Under the pieces are notes generated by a model, which was not told the DNA's origin, ran no database searches, and was given only the letters and a program-made list of their open reading frames with translations. Below are positions 15,491 through 30,872 of a stretch of 64,000 bases of DNA, piece by piece. The stretch covers positions 27,342,001 to 27,406,000 of the forward strand of contig OZ024749.1 of NCBI GenBank assembly GCA_964016885.1, given 5' to 3'. How positions within the stretch are numbered: position 1 is the first letter of the stretch; each line of letters starts with the position of its first letter. Source of the DNA: Eledone cirrhosa (taxonomy: Eukaryota). The translations under genes were made by a program, and so were the position numbers.

Positions 15491-15901
15491 CAGAAGGGAT
15501 ATTCAATTTGTTGGTAATTCAACAAATATAAATGTTTATAACTGATTCAGAGCACTCAACAGTTTTTCGGGAGTATAATATACAAACTATATTTCTAAAA
15601 CCATATTTATTCTATTATATATATTTCAAGGGTACCAAAATTTTGGTACGCTATCATCAGATAAAATACGAAGTGTGTTTTATAAATTTTGATTTATACG
15701 GTTCAAGTTATCCCTGGATAACTTGAACCATTAAGGTATATTCTCCTTGGTTATGTCAAAATTTATAAAACACACTTCGTATTTTATCTGATGATAGTGT
15801 ACCAAAATTTTGGTACCCTTGAAATATATATAACAGAATAAATATGGTTTTAGAAATATAGTTTCCATTTATTTAATATCATTGTGTGCGTGTGTGTATA
15901 T

Positions 15902-15944
<43 letters not shown>

Positions 15945-18900
15945 CATACAATGTACCCCTGGCAATCGCGGAATTTTCTATAGAACCTAACTAATAATTG
16001 TTCATGGAAACCACCGCAGATTTGCGGAATATCTTCCGCGATTTTTCTAATGGTTTTTTTCAAGGCAATATATATCTTTTTAATGCTAAATTATTAATAA
16101 CTATATCCTATTTGCCGACCTATTGGACGTCCCTTGTCTCTTTTTTCATTATATTTTACGTTATATTTTGACGTTTATAGGCATTTTTATGGACCATGTC
16201 CAATATTCGCTGTTTTTCACTCTTCGTAGGTGCTCTAGGAATGTAAACCCCGCTAATACAGGGGGACAACTATGTGTGTGTGTGTGTGTACATATATATA
16301 TATATATACATATATATATTCTATAATATGGAGGCACAGGGCTTAGTGGTTAGAGCATTGGCCTTGCAATCGAAAGGTTGTGAGTTCAATTCTCAGACCG
16401 GGTGATGTGTTGTTTCCTTGAGCAAGACACTTTATTTCACATTGCTCCAGTTTACTCAGCTGTAGAAATGAGATGATACGGCTGGGGTCCCTATCATTCC
16501 ACTGTAAATGAGGTTGGTGTTAGGAAGCTGTAGAAATCAAGCCAGAATCAGTTCCCGTCCCTCCCTTGTAAGCAGGGAAAAGCGGATGTAAAATGAAATG
16601 ATGAAATGATGATGATGATTCTAATTTATTAAATGAACAACATTTACAGGGCTAATTTCTGGAGTAGGAAATCTCATTTCTAAACGTCACATCTACACAC
16701 ATGGACATGCCCATGCAGATCTGCAATTATTACCCTGCATATTTGTACACACAAACCGAATAAAAGAAATGTGAATTATAATTTAACGTTAAAGTAAAAG
16801 AATCTAAAATAAAATAAAATGAGAACTTACTTCGCAAGCCAGTGGAAAGGTCCTTAAAACCAGCTTGCCCTAAAGCCCAGAGGATAGCAGAGCATCGTAG
16901 AGGGCGATTTTGGTGACTCTTTAACAGTTCCATGTACTGTGAAATAGAGAAAGATCAGTCGAGGAATTCTTTAATAGTACAACAGTTTAAAAATAATGGC
17001 ATAATTTTTTAATTAAAAAAAAAGAAAAGGAAATCGTTTTAGACATAATGAGAAGTCGTGTCCAAACGATGTTAGCATGGAGAAGCTGGTGTGAAAATGA
17101 AGACAAGAAATAATTGTTTCTATTTTTGGCACAAGTCCAGCAATTATCCCAGTCCATTACTGGTACTTTATTTTATCGACCCCGTAAGGATGAAGGGCAA
17201 AGTTAACCTCCGCGGAATTTTAACTCAAACCGTAAAGGGCCGTAACTATTGCTGCAAAGCATGTTGTTCGACGCTCTACCGATACTGCAAAATACGAAAA
17301 AAGATGAGGAACAGAACTATACAACAGTTTATCATGTTAGACGAGTTAGCTCCCTTACCTGTGGAAGTTTGGAAATGACTAGATCAGGTTCTTCACGAGC
17401 CAATAATTGAATAAATATACGGTAGCCATACGTTGACAAACCTGCAATGGAAATTGATCTTAAAATAGATACATTGGTAAATTGGAAATTGATAAAGGGA
17501 GTAATGAACATAAATACTAAGAAAAATCAAAATCATCAAACTCCCAAACATTAGCCATACCCTCCAGATCAGGCATCTTCAACTTGAAAGAGAGTCATTG
17601 AGGAAAATACCGAACTGTCTGGAATACAAGAAAGACTTAGATTCTCTGTAGTGGCTGCTGGTCATTTATTTTCTGTCCCTAGTGTTAAGAAACTCTCAGG
17701 AGAGTTGGACAGTAGGTCTTCAGAGAAGAATTCCCCCACCCTTCTCAAGAAATGGTATTTTACTGTAGTAATTCTATATTTCTATTTAAATGCTTTCGAA
17801 CTTCAAATCATCCAAACATCTTGATAAAAAAATTGTAAGCTTTCTTTTTATTTATTCATTCAAAGCTCAAGATTCACCTCACTGTTACTGAGAGTCTTTT
17901 GCTTGTATCCAACATTTAATTTAGCTGTCAGTTTAGACAGGGATCAAGGGTGACTCTTCACTGAGGAATAATAAGTAGGTAGTGGACTCACCTTTTGCTG
18001 ATTCATTCAACATACTGTTAATGGAATGTTGAAAAATCATTTCACGCTGGTAGGCAGGACTGCGACGTAAGGTTGTCAGAAGAAACCTTTTCACATCACC
18101 CCGAAGCACACATAAAGGAAAATCTGTCAACAGAACATTTACAAAGATCATCATCATCATCATCATTGTAATCAATGTTAAACAAATGTTGTGAGGGGGC
18201 AGGATTGGGAGATGTATCATAAATAATAATTTTTTTATAATTTGAGCACAAGGCCAACAATTTTGAGGGGGATGGGGAAAGTCAATTAAATCAACCAGAG
18301 CACAAGACTGCTACTTAGTTTTATCGACCTTGGAAGGATGAAAAAGTAAAGTTGACCACGGTGGGATTTGAACTCAGAATATAAAACGCAGAAACAAATG
18401 CTTGCAAAGCATTATTTTCCGATGCTCTACCGATTCTGCCAATCCAACACGTATGTGCCATAAATATCATGACACTTCTCACATATGCAGCATACACCTT
18501 TCCCTTCAGTTTCAGTGACAGTCACCTGCTCATTAGCATACTACTCAATTCCTGAAACTTCCTCCATGCAAATCTCACTCTAGATTTTTATTGCAGAATC
18601 TGATCCTCTCTCTCCATTTAATAAGGTCTCCAAGGTAACAAAATATTTTCACGCACCTTCCATCTTCATGCTTTCACAACACCCTCTCCATCTGTAGCTC
18701 CCTCCATACATACTTTACACTTAACTTTAGTTGCCATCCACACACACACCAACAACTCCCAATAAACCATCTTTCAAAAGACTTCCCCCCACACACCACC
18801 AACAAACCATCTTTCTAAGGATGAAAAGCAAAGTTGTCCTCAATGGGATTCAAACCCAGAATGTGGAGGACTGGAATGAAATATTGCAATGCATTTTATC

Positions 18901-21900
18901 TGACACTTTAACAATCTTACCAATCCACTGCTATAATAATTGTTTCTACATTTGGGACAAGGCCAACAATTTTGGGGAAGGAGAAAGTCGATTAAATCGA
19001 ACCCAGTGCATTACTGGTACCTATTTTATTGACCCCATAAGGATGAAAGGCAAAGCTAACCTCAGCTGGATTTGAACCCAGACCGTAAAGGGTCGTAACT
19101 ATGCCGTGAAGCATGGTGTCCAACACTACCGATACTGCCAATCTACCGCCCTACACATATTATAATAATACCATTAAAATAAAGTTCACCTTTAGGTTTA
19201 TCTTTGAAAACAGGATCTTTTTCTGGCAGTTTCTCAAGCTGAACATTTATGTAAGAGGAGAGATCTTTTAACCAAACATCTGGATTATCTGGGAACATAT
19301 TCTGGTCTTTGATAAGGATCTGCTCTATTGTGGCTTTATCAATCTTTTAGGGAGAGAGAAAGAGAAAACATTAGTAATAAACATTCCAAATATCTAAATA
19401 AGAGAAATAAAATTATTTTAAATATAAATAATTGTTTCTACTTTTAGGCACAAGGCCAGCAATTACCCAGTGCATTACTGGTACTTTATTTTATCGACCC
19501 CGTAAGGATGAAAGGCAAAGTCAACCTCGGCGGGATTTGAACTCATACCGTAAAGGGACGTAACTATGCTGGAAAGCATGGCGTCCGACCCTCTACCGAT
19601 ACTGCCAATTTGAAATATAAATAATAAACAGTCGACCTTGTTAGATGGTCATGCTGGTACCATGATAAAAAAATCAAAAAATTCACCCATTCCACTTTGT
19701 CAGATGGTAGTTTTGGTACCACAATAAAAAGCACCCAGTTCACTCTGTTAGAATGCCATTTTGGTACTTCGATAAAAAAAAAATTAAAAAAAACCCAGTC
19801 CACTCTGCTTGATGGTCATTTTGGTACCACGATAAAAAGCACCCAGTCCACATGGTAATATGGTTGGCACTAGGAAGGCCATCCAGCTGTAGAAACCAAA
19901 CCACAAACAGATCCATATGAGCCAAACATGGTCACCTGACCTGATTTGTCTCATAATTTGACATGTAACTCAAGCAAGTGTGGAAAATAGATGTTAAACA
20001 GAGGTGATGATAACGATGATGAAACAAAAATTTTATTGTTTAGTCAAAGAGAAAAGAACAATAGCCCTGGCTATTTCAAGAGGCCTCCAACACTGGCAGG
20101 AGGAAGGTATCGTTAATCCAGAAACTTGGTTTGGTGCAGCTAGTGGCTCATTCGAGAAATCAGTAGCAGTGTTTGGTCAGTGATGATGAACCGATCCAAC
20201 ATTTGCTAATAGGGAAAACGACCATTAAATGATGATATGTATCCCAGGAGTAAAAGATACTTTTAGGAGTAGGGGCCATGATTTTTGTAGTCCTGCCTAG
20301 ATGGGTACAGGCTTCTGATGTCTACAGATACTTTCAGGAATAGGGGTCATGATTTTTGTAGTCCTTCTAGATGAGTGAGATTGATGCAGGTGATAAGTGA
20401 ATTTCAGAATGTTATAATCATGGAATAGAATCTTTTAGTGCATGAAGGGAGTAAGTAGTTAGTTAAGAACAGAGGCTATTGTAGTAGTGGTAGAAATCAT
20501 AGAGAGAGGGGACACAGCACATCTGTGAGTCAGTGAATGTAATGTATTGGATGACTGAAATATTAGGAATTAGTGCTAGTTGATAAGAACAGAACCCACT
20601 GTAGTAGTGATAGTAGGCATAAAGAGAGAGGACATGTTTTACCTGGTTAATAGCATCCTCAATACTCAGTTTCTTCTTTTCTTTCACCTCTGACTCTACT
20701 TTTTTCTTCTTAGCGTTTCCATTCTTCTTGGTGTCGTTCACCTTTGGTTTCACATTGTTCGACATCTTGCTAGTATTAGTCTTGTTGTTGTTGTTGTTGT
20801 TAGTGGTGTTGTTGTTGTTGTTGGATGCAGCCTTTGACTTCTTATTGGCCAAAAATGCCTCAAATATAGTCCTATCACTGGCTGAGTTGTCTACAAAAAA
20901 ATAAAAAAAATAATAATGGTTTCAGATTTAGGCACAAGCCAGCAATTTTAAGAGAGGGGAAAGTTGATTAAATCGACGGGATTTAGAATGCAAAGGGTCA
21001 TAACCCTATGCTGATTTAGGCACAAAGCCGTAAGGATGGAAAGGAAAGCTATTCTCAATGGGATTTGAAATCAGAATGTAAAGGGATGTAACTATATGAT
21101 GCAAAACGTTGTCCAACACTCTACCGATACTACCAAGCCCCTGTCCTTTCGACAGTCAATAATGTGCTAAAGATTCTATCAACCCACCATTCAATCATTA
21201 TCAATTCTTTCTAACAGTGGTGCAATGCCAATAATTAGTGCATTACTGGTACTTTATTCTATCAACTTTGATGGTATTTGAACAATCAATAATAATCTAT
21301 ATTATAATATTGTTTTCTAATTGAGGCACAAGGCTAATATTATTTGATCCCAGTAATTGACTGGTACTTTATTTTATCGACCCTGATAGAATTTGAACAG
21401 ATGATAATAACAGTAATAATAATAATAATTGTTTCTACTTTTGGCACAAGGTCAGCAATTATCCCAGTGCATTACTGGTACTTTATTTTATCGACCCTGT
21501 AAGGATGAAAGGCAAAGGATTTGAACTCAGACCATAAAGATTCATAACTCCTATGCTGTAAAGCATGGTGTCTGATGCTCTACCAATACTGCTAAACCAC
21601 CGCCCTATAATAATAATAATAGAACATTCCATCGATGACAGCATTAGTGGAATAGGTGTGTAGAACAATAAAAATAAAGAGAAAAAGCTGCTGATAGGAT
21701 TTGGAGAGGGTGGGAGAGGGGACAGCACAATTAAAACCTAAAATAAGAGGATTGGAAAGAATTATCCCATATATGATCTCTCAACTGTAGATAGGTGTGT
21801 TGATGAGGTAGGGTGGAGTGGTGGTGTGGTGTTGGTACAACAGTGGGTGTAGTGGTGAGGAGTGGTGGTAATGTGGTGGAGTGGTGTTGGTACAACAGTG

Positions 21901-24900
21901 GGTGTAGTGGTGATGTAGGTGGGGGTGATGTGGTGGAGTGGTGTTGGTACAACAGTGGGTGTAGTGGTGATGTAGGTGGGGGTGATGTGGTGGAGTGGTG
22001 TTGGTACAACAGTGGGTGTAGTGGTGATGTAGGTGGGGATGATGTGGTGGAGTGGTGTTGGTACAACAGTGGGTGTAGTGGTGATGTAGGTGGGGGTGAT
22101 GTGGTGGAGTGGTGTTGGTACAACAGTGGGTGTAGTGGTGATGTAGGTGAAGTAAAGAGGTGGTGAGGAGTGGTGGTAATGTGGTGGAGTGGTAGAGGTA
22201 CAACAATGGAGGTGGTGGTGATGTAGGTGGGGGTGATGTGGTGGAGTGGTGTTGGTACAACAGTGGGTGTAGTGGTGATGTAGGTGGGGGTGATGTGGTG
22301 GAGTGGTGTTGGTACAACAGTGGGTGTAGTGGTGATGTAGGTGAAGTAAAGAGGTGGTGAGGAGTGGTGGTAATGTGGTGGAGTGGTAGAGGTACAACAA
22401 TGGAGGTGGTGGTGATGTAGGTGGGGGTGATGTGGTGGAGTGGTGTTGGTACAACAGTGGGTGTAGTGGTGATGTAGGTGAAGTAAAGAGGTGGTGAGGA
22501 GTGGTGGTAATGTGGTGGAGTGGTAGAGGTACAACAATGGAGGTGGTGGTGATGTGGTGGAGTGGTGTTGGTACAACAGTGGGTGTAGTGGTGATGTAGG
22601 TGAAGTAAAGAGGTGGTGAGGAGTGGTGGTAATGTGGTGGAGTGGTAGAGGTACAACAATGGAGGTGGTGGTGATGTAGGTGGGGGTGATGTGGTGGAGT
22701 GGTGTTGGTACAACAGTGGGTGTAGTGGTGATGTAGGTGGGGGTGATGTGGTGGAGTGGTGTTGGTACAACAGTGGGTGTAGTGGTGATGTAGGTGAAGT
22801 AAAGAGGTGGTGAGGAGTGGTGGTAATGTGGTGGAGTGGTAGAGGTACAACAATGGAGGTGGTGGTGATGTAGGTGGGGGTGATGTGGTGGAGTGGTGTT
22901 GGTACAACAGTGGGTGTAGTGGTGATGTAGGTGAAGTAAAGAGGTGGTGAGGAGTGGTGGTAATGTGGTGGAGTGGTAGAGGTACAACAATGGAGGTGGT
23001 GGTGATGTGGTGGAGTGGTGTTGGTACAACAGTGGGTGTGTTGGTATAACAGTGAGTGTGGTGGTGGTGATGTAGTGGAGCGGTGTTGGTAAAATAGGGG
23101 GTTGTTGTATGGTGAATAGTGTGGTGTAAGTTTGGAGGTGTAGCAATATTGATACAATAGTATGGTGGAGTGATGTGGTGGTGTTGATACAACAGTGCAG
23201 TGGAGTGGTGGTGTTGATACAATAGTGAGATGGTGTGGTGGGGTGTTGATACAACAGAAGGTTGTTTCTGTTATTACCAAGTTTTACAACAACCTAACAA
23301 TCTTCCTTCCAGTTTAAATTTAAATGTAGGTGGTTTATAATTTCAGTCGAAGGCCAGAATTTGGAGGTCAACAAGTTCGAGTTTGTATCTCCTTTGAAGG
23401 AGAAAGAGACAGAGAGAATGCTGGACCTGCAACAGACTGATACTTTCTTTATTGACCCTGAAAGAATGAATGGTAAAATCGACTTCTCTGCAGGATTTGA
23501 ACTCAGAAAGCTGAGATTTGGAACAGGTATCCAACTCTAACAACCATCTTATCTACTGGACCTACAAAAACCTCAATTCATAATATTTGGAACATAGTAA
23601 ATGTTCTTCTTTACCCACTTATTCCTGAGAAGGTCATGGGGGCAGAGTCCTCAAGAGCACCTTCCAGTAGGCCCCGTCTCCAAATGATTCAGCTGGATCC
23701 AAAATAAATGTTTAACGCAAAATAAAAGTGCAACTTATTAAATACATAAAGGTGATTCTTTAACCCTTTCATCGCCATACTTCTAATGAAAGACAATGCT
23801 TATGAAATCAAGAATTTGTAGAAATTTAGTAATATAACTTTCTCATTATCAAGCTTATGTTTGGAACAAAACTTAGCAAAGGTTCTTACATAAAAATATA
23901 ATGAAAATGTTTAGATAAATATTTATATATATATAACTGAGTGTATCTGGTTTAGAAAAGGTACACTGCAACCCTGCATGTCATAAGAAATGACTAAAGG
24001 TGCTTATATGAAAGTGCTTATATGAAAAGGTGCTTATATGAAAGAAAGGTCACAAATTTGATGCCTCTTGTATTCTAGAGGTATAGTCAAAATTGGGTCT
24101 TGAAACCTTGGGTGGTACTTTTGTTCTGTGTATGAACATAAATAAATTATATATATACACACACAGAGTATAAATGTATGTATGTGCAGTGTGTCTATAT
24201 GTATGTGTATTTTTATATTACATTCAATATTTCACACACCCCACCACACAACACAACACAACACATCATTTTACGCTCATTTTCCCATGCTAGCATGGAT
24301 TGGACAGTATACTTAAAACAGTTATCTAGAATGTACTGTATATACAAGTGTATGCATGTGTGTGCGTATGCATGTTTGTATGTATATATATATATATGTA
24401 CATAAAACTGACATCCCACAAACTGACCAAATCAATCCAGGAGGAGGACACATCTTTTGTCATCTTGACTGCAGATCATGTAGGTCTACAGCTGGACTGA
24501 AAAGCCATCTGGGAGGTCAGGAAAAGATAGTCGGTAGCGTTGGAGATACACAAAGAGACAGCTATCATCTGTAAAAATGAAGCAGTCACCAAGTATGTAT
24601 GTTCATATGTATGTACAGTACAAGATGTTTGCATGTATAGTGTAAATGTATATAGAGCCATTAAAGCAAGGACTGGAAAAATGGGGGCAGGAAAGAGCAA
24701 TACCAAGTAACTAAAAGAGAAGCTAGACGACAGGTTTACTTTGCACACAGAGAAGCAGAAAACAAAAGGTTTGCTAATGTTCTACAACATGAGGATCAAC
24801 AGTGTAAGGTGTTCTGCATTGTGAAGCAATGTATCAATATAAATTAGGATGCTGTTGAGAAGGAATATATTTAGAATGACACAGGTACACTTTAGCCTTG

Positions 24901-27900
24901 TATGTATATTTGAACCCAAGATTCCTGGTGGAGTTATAGGGGCACTATAATGTCATACAGTGTTTCTTGGGCCTTGGGCATTTTAAAAACTTAGTGGAGT
25001 CTATCTTCTCTCCAAGTCAGAAAACAGCCGATTTCTTCTACAGAAGGAGAGAGAGTGACAATAGAGGAAGAATCAACCCTACTACGAGACTGGTACTTTT
25101 TTTTATAGACTTTGAAAGGACGAAAAGTAAAGTTGACCATGGTAGGATTTGAATTCTGCAAACAGAGAGCTGGAACGAACACTACAAAGCATTCTACCCA
25201 ACATTCTAACAACTCTACCAATTTTCTGACTTACTTAGCCTAACTAACATTCAAGAGAAAGAGGACTAGGAATGCTACTATGAGAAGTTGATGAATGTAG
25301 AGAATGAGTGGAAGGAAAGGGACTACTGTAACGAGCCGTTTATCAAAATAGACAGTTACAGGGTCAAAGAAGCATGTGTATGTGTGTGTGTTTTTTTTTT
25401 AATCTACATTTAATATTTCACACACATGCGCCCCCATGGATTCGTACAACACAATATTATATAAAATAGGGTTATCAAAGAATGCACACACACATATATA
25501 TGCATGCACTTATGTACATGTATATATATATATATAGGGGATGGTGTATGTGCTGTCTATATGTATGTGTAAATTTATTCTCCATTCAGTACTTCACATT
25601 CACACACCACCACCATCATCACCACCACCACACATTTCCATTCACACAACACACTATTATATAACATACGATAATCAAAGAATGTCGCAAATACTTGTTT
25701 GATACTGTACAATTGTGTGTGGGATTATTTCTATAAAACTAGATCAGTGAAGTACTACTACACCTGTAATACAACCAGCTGGTCAGCTGGTGGTTGAGAG
25801 GTTAGTGTGTGGAGATGGGTACGGTTATTTCTATCAAACCAGATCAGTGAAGTATTACTCTTGTAATACAACCAGCAGAGTGGTGGTGTTGGTGGAGTAG
25901 TTATTGTTTGTGTAGATGTTATTTCTATAAAACCTACAGTGAAGTAATAACTTGTAATACATCAAACTGGTTGAATAGTGCAGTAGTAATATACCAAGTT
26001 GGTCAGTTAGTGAAGTAGTACTACAACAAACTGGTCAGTTAGTGGAGTAGTACCATACCAGGTTGGTCAGGTAGAGCAGTAGTAGTATACCATACCAAGT
26101 TGGTCAGGTAGTGCAGTAGTATTATACCATACCAGGTTGGTCAGGTAGAGCAGTAGTAGTATACCATACCAAGTTGGTCAGGTAGTGCAGTAGTATTATA
26201 CCATACCAAGTTGGTCAGGTAGTGCAGTAGTATTATACCATACCAAGTTGGTCAGGTAGTGCAGTAGTATTATACCATACCAAGTTGGTCAGGTAGTGCA
26301 GCAGTATTATACCATACCAAGTTGGTCAGTTAGTGAAGTAGTACTACACCAAACTGGTCAGTTAGTAATACACCAAGTTGGTCAGTTAGTGGGGTAGTAC
26401 TACACCAAGTTAGTCAGTTGGTGCAGTAATATATTTGTACTATACCAAGCTGGTTAGTTGGTGAACAGTTATTGTGTAGTTGTGTGTAAGATTATTTTTA
26501 AAAAGACAATAAGAAACTACCTGGATAGTGTATGTATGTGTGAATGTGAGTATTATGCACATGTATGTGGGATTATTTCTATAAAAATATACTAGAAAAC
26601 ACCTGAATGGTGTGTGTTGTATGTGGTTATTTCTAGAAAGTTAGATCAGTAACAAAACTCACCTCTAACCTGTCTCAGGGTACAGTGTCTATATATATGT
26701 GGTTATTTCTATAAAGTTAGATCAGTAACAAAACTCACCTCTAACCTGTCTCGGTGTACAATGTGTCTATATATGTGGTTATTTCTATAAAAGTGAGACT
26801 ACACTATATAGTGGTCATGTAGGCGTCACAACAAAAGCAGGCACTCAGTCCACACTGTAAAGTGGTTGTGTAGGTGTCAACAAAAAGCACCCAGTCCACA
26901 CTGTAAAGTGGTTGGCGTTAGGAAGTGCATCCAGTCGTAGAAACCAAGCCAAAATCAGTTCTGTGTGAGCGAATCACGGTCCCCCGACCTGATCTCTCAC
27001 AAAGGGACAGACCGTCCTACTCATGCTGGCGTGGAAGATGGATGTTAAACGATGATGATGAGACCATTAACAAAACTCACCTCCAAACCTGTCTTGATGT
27101 ACAGTGCGTCTATAAATATATGTGTGTGTGTGTGTGTCTGTGTGTGTGGTTATTTCTATAAAGTTAGACCAGTAACAAAACTCACCTCCAACCTGTCTTG
27201 GTGTACAGTATATATATATATGTGGTTATTTCTTTAAAAGTGAGACCAGTAACAAACTCACCTCCTACCAGGCTTGGTGGACAAATAATATTTAATTAAC
27301 AACCTTCAGTAGAGCTGAGATTAGTGGATGGTGAAAATTACTTTTTTTTCTCTCAACCCATCACTATTTGTCTGTCACTAATCTGTGTAATCAATATTAA
27401 GATTTCAGATTAGCGTGCGAGTTTGTATTAAGCTATATGCGTCTGTAGGCATGTGTATATACATGAACGATGGTGATGATGTGTGTTTATGTGCATAAAT
27501 AGATGTGTGCATGCATATAAGTGTACATATATGAATGTGTGTGTGTGTGTAGCTATGACAAGGTGAGTAAAAGATATTTTCGACAAAACTGTTCTATTAG
27601 AGAATGGGTGAAAGTTGGGAGATAGCAATACAGCCACCAGATATGGTTAGTTGCAATATAAAAGCACTTCTACTAAGCGAATAAGCAACCCTGGACCAAC
27701 AGCAGTATATATACATATACAGTTTACCCACAGCATTCGCGCTCCTGGCTATTCAGGGAATTTTCCTTAGAACTTAACTAATAATTGTTCATGGAAACCA
27801 CCGTATATTCTCAGAATCGTAATTATCTTCCGCGACTTTTATTATGGCCTTTTTCATGGCAATATATATATTTTTTAACACTAAATTATTAATATCAATA

Positions 27901-28733
27901 TACTGTATTTGCCGGCCTATTGGGTGCCTCTTCACATAAGATGCTCCCTCTTTTTTTATAATATTTTCCGTTATATTTTGACGTTCATAGGCATTTTTAT
28001 GGACCACATCCAATATTCGCAGTTTTTCACACTTTGTTCACAGTGCTCGAGGAATGTAACCCCCTACGAATACCGGGGGACTACTGGGTGTGTGTATATA
28101 TGTATATATAGATAGTTCAAGAATAGATGAGGCAAACACAGAGTAGCAAAAACAAGTATTATTAGTTTCATGCTTAGGAAGAAGTAAATGAAGGTTTCGT
28201 ATGTCTTTATTATATATAGAAATGACTTCTACAGGACTAGAACTATTTCTAGAATGATTTCATATGAATGAAGTCCTATCCCTGTAGAAGCCATTTCTAT
28301 ATATAAGCTAAAGATGCCTATATGCATTGAGTACCTTCTTTAATTGTGGTTATCTCCCAACACCACATATTTTATATATCATCATCATCATCATCTTCGT
28401 CGTTTAACGTCCGTTTTTCATGCTAGCATGGGTTAGACTATATATATATAGTCTCATGATGTGGTCAACCCGTCTAACCCATGCAAGCATGGAAAAATAG
28501 ACAAACGGCGATGATGATGACACACACACACACATACATATATATATATATCCAAATATTTGAGGTCCATGGGTAATCTGCTGGCTGGACAGGATGGAAA
28601 AATCGATTTTTTTTGTCTTTACTCAAATCTTTTTTGTGTTTCTCCTTTGTGATCCTGTCCCTATTTTGTACTCCTCTTTCCAATATAAAGCATGAAACTA
28701 ATAAGACTTTTGTACCTGTTTGTTGTCTCCTTG

Positions 28734-28769
<36 letters not shown>

Positions 28770-30698
28770 GACGTAAAATAAGAACATTTTAAAAATTAAA
28801 AATTAATTTACTAAAATTTTCACTCCTACTAATTAGTTTCTGTAAGGGAATAAATATAGTTACGCAATGCAACTATAGAGAAGTCCTTACGTCACCAGGG
28901 AGTCTAGTCTCAGCTAAGTTCCCAGGCAATGTGCGGACACTAGGAACCCATATAAAAATAAAAATTCAGTGGATGGAATAAAGCTAGCGGGGACTAAATT
29001 CCAGGGCACTGAAAAAATTCACTGCCTACTTGGTCAGTGGCAAATTCTAAAGAATCAATCACGTGACACTGAGGTTAATCAGTGAGGAGTGGGGTGGTAT
29101 TATGACAAGAGCCTAACTACTACCATGAACCATAGCAGTAAATTTTGGCAAGTTTCGCTCAACAAATAATTTGGAGATAAATATAGAGAATTAGTATATC
29201 TACCAACATATGTATACCCATGCTAGCAAATATATATGTTATGTCTTAGTACCTTTGTGGTTCTATGCAGGGGGGTGCAGAACAATTATATGAAAGACGT
29301 AAAATAAGAAAATTTTAAAAATTAAAAATTAACTTACTTACTAAAATTTTCACTCCTACTAATTAGGAGTGAAAATAAAACCTGTAGAGCAAATATATAT
29401 ATATATAAGTGGAGGTACTTAGATCTTCAATGAAAGCCACTATTTGTAAGTTTGCTGCTGCAGTTAGCAGAACTTTTGATGTTTACACATTCTTAGAGAT
29501 AAAATAACAAGAATGTCTACCTCAGATAAAAGTATACAACACCACTAGTTTAACAAGGAGAGGAGGAGGAGCTTCTACAGAGTTAATAGACATGCTAAAA
29601 ATAGCAGCCAATTCTATAGTTTTACCAGACTTCTGCTGGAAATAGCAACTAATTCTACAGTGTTACCAGACTTCTTCTAGAAATAGCAGCCAATTCCATA
29701 GCGTTACCAAATGCTTGCTAGAAATAGCAGCCAATTCTACAGCGTTAAAAGACTTCTGCTAGAAATAGCAACCAATTCTATAGTGTTACCAAAATTCTGC
29801 TAGAAATAGCAGCCAATTCTATAGCGTTACCAAATGCCTGCTAGAAATGACAGTCAATTCTACAGTGTTGCCAGACTTCTGCTAGAAGTAGCAGCCAGTT
29901 CTGCATCAAATAACACCCAGTTGGATCTCTCTAACCCTTTCAATACCAAACCACTTCTGGTTCTGATACAAATCTTTTGTTTAAAGTGTGTATATTTTTC
30001 TAAAATCCTTCTGGCATCATTTTATGTAAGTCTGTTTAAGTCATGTACCAAACACCAACTTAAGAAAGTTATATTACTAAATCCCTCCAAATTCTCAAAT
30101 ATTTTAAAAATTAATTATAAACTGTATGCAGTGTCTTTCATTAGAAATATAGTAATGAAAGGGTTAATGTGTTTATCTAAAAACCTTCCAGCATAATTTT
30201 ATATAAGAGCCTTTTGAGTTATGTTCCAAATACCATCTCAATAATGAGAAAGTTAGTTATATTACTAAATCTCTCCAAATTCCTGATCATATTCATAATG
30301 AATTGCAAATAACAGTGTATTTCATTAGAAAGATGGTAAGAGAAGGGTAAAGATTTGAATTGACAATCAATAAAATTTCAAATATTACACCCTACACATG
30401 TATTGAATTCTCTATTCAGCCTATAATCCTTATTTGTTGTATTAAATAATTTTTAAACGACATGCACTCTACACAATATACACACACATTATATATATAT
30501 ACACACACACACACACATATATATATAGGCAGAAATATATGGAGAAAGCAAGGCATTTAAAAACAAAATTTATTTCTTACAGTGTTGCATCTTTAAGTAC
30601 ATTCACAATACAGAAGGTAGACATATATATGTATATTCCACCATAGAGATGCACTTATAAGACTCATCAGAGAAAAATTTCTGTCCTTAAAGATGTCT

Positions 30699-30730
<32 letters not shown>

Positions 30731-30831
30731 GTAAATACCAAACATAGAATATCACATCGGCAGCCGAGCCCATATTAGCATTGAATGCTCAAAATGGTGA
30801 ACCAATATTAACTAAGCATTACACACCAATA

Positions 30832-30872
<41 letters not shown>

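Noticed and set aside
16329-16402. tRNA-like sequence (also 62363-62435 and SINE B heads)
   Set aside because: A and B boxes are present but each continues into a SINE body and tail; these are SINE heads, not tRNA genes.
21731-23280. Three overlapping ORFs of about 500 aa, His/Thr/Pro-rich, on the minus strand
   Set aside because: All three frames are open only because the CA-rich minisatellite lacks stop codons; there is no domain or splice support and it lies in TMEM214 intron 1.
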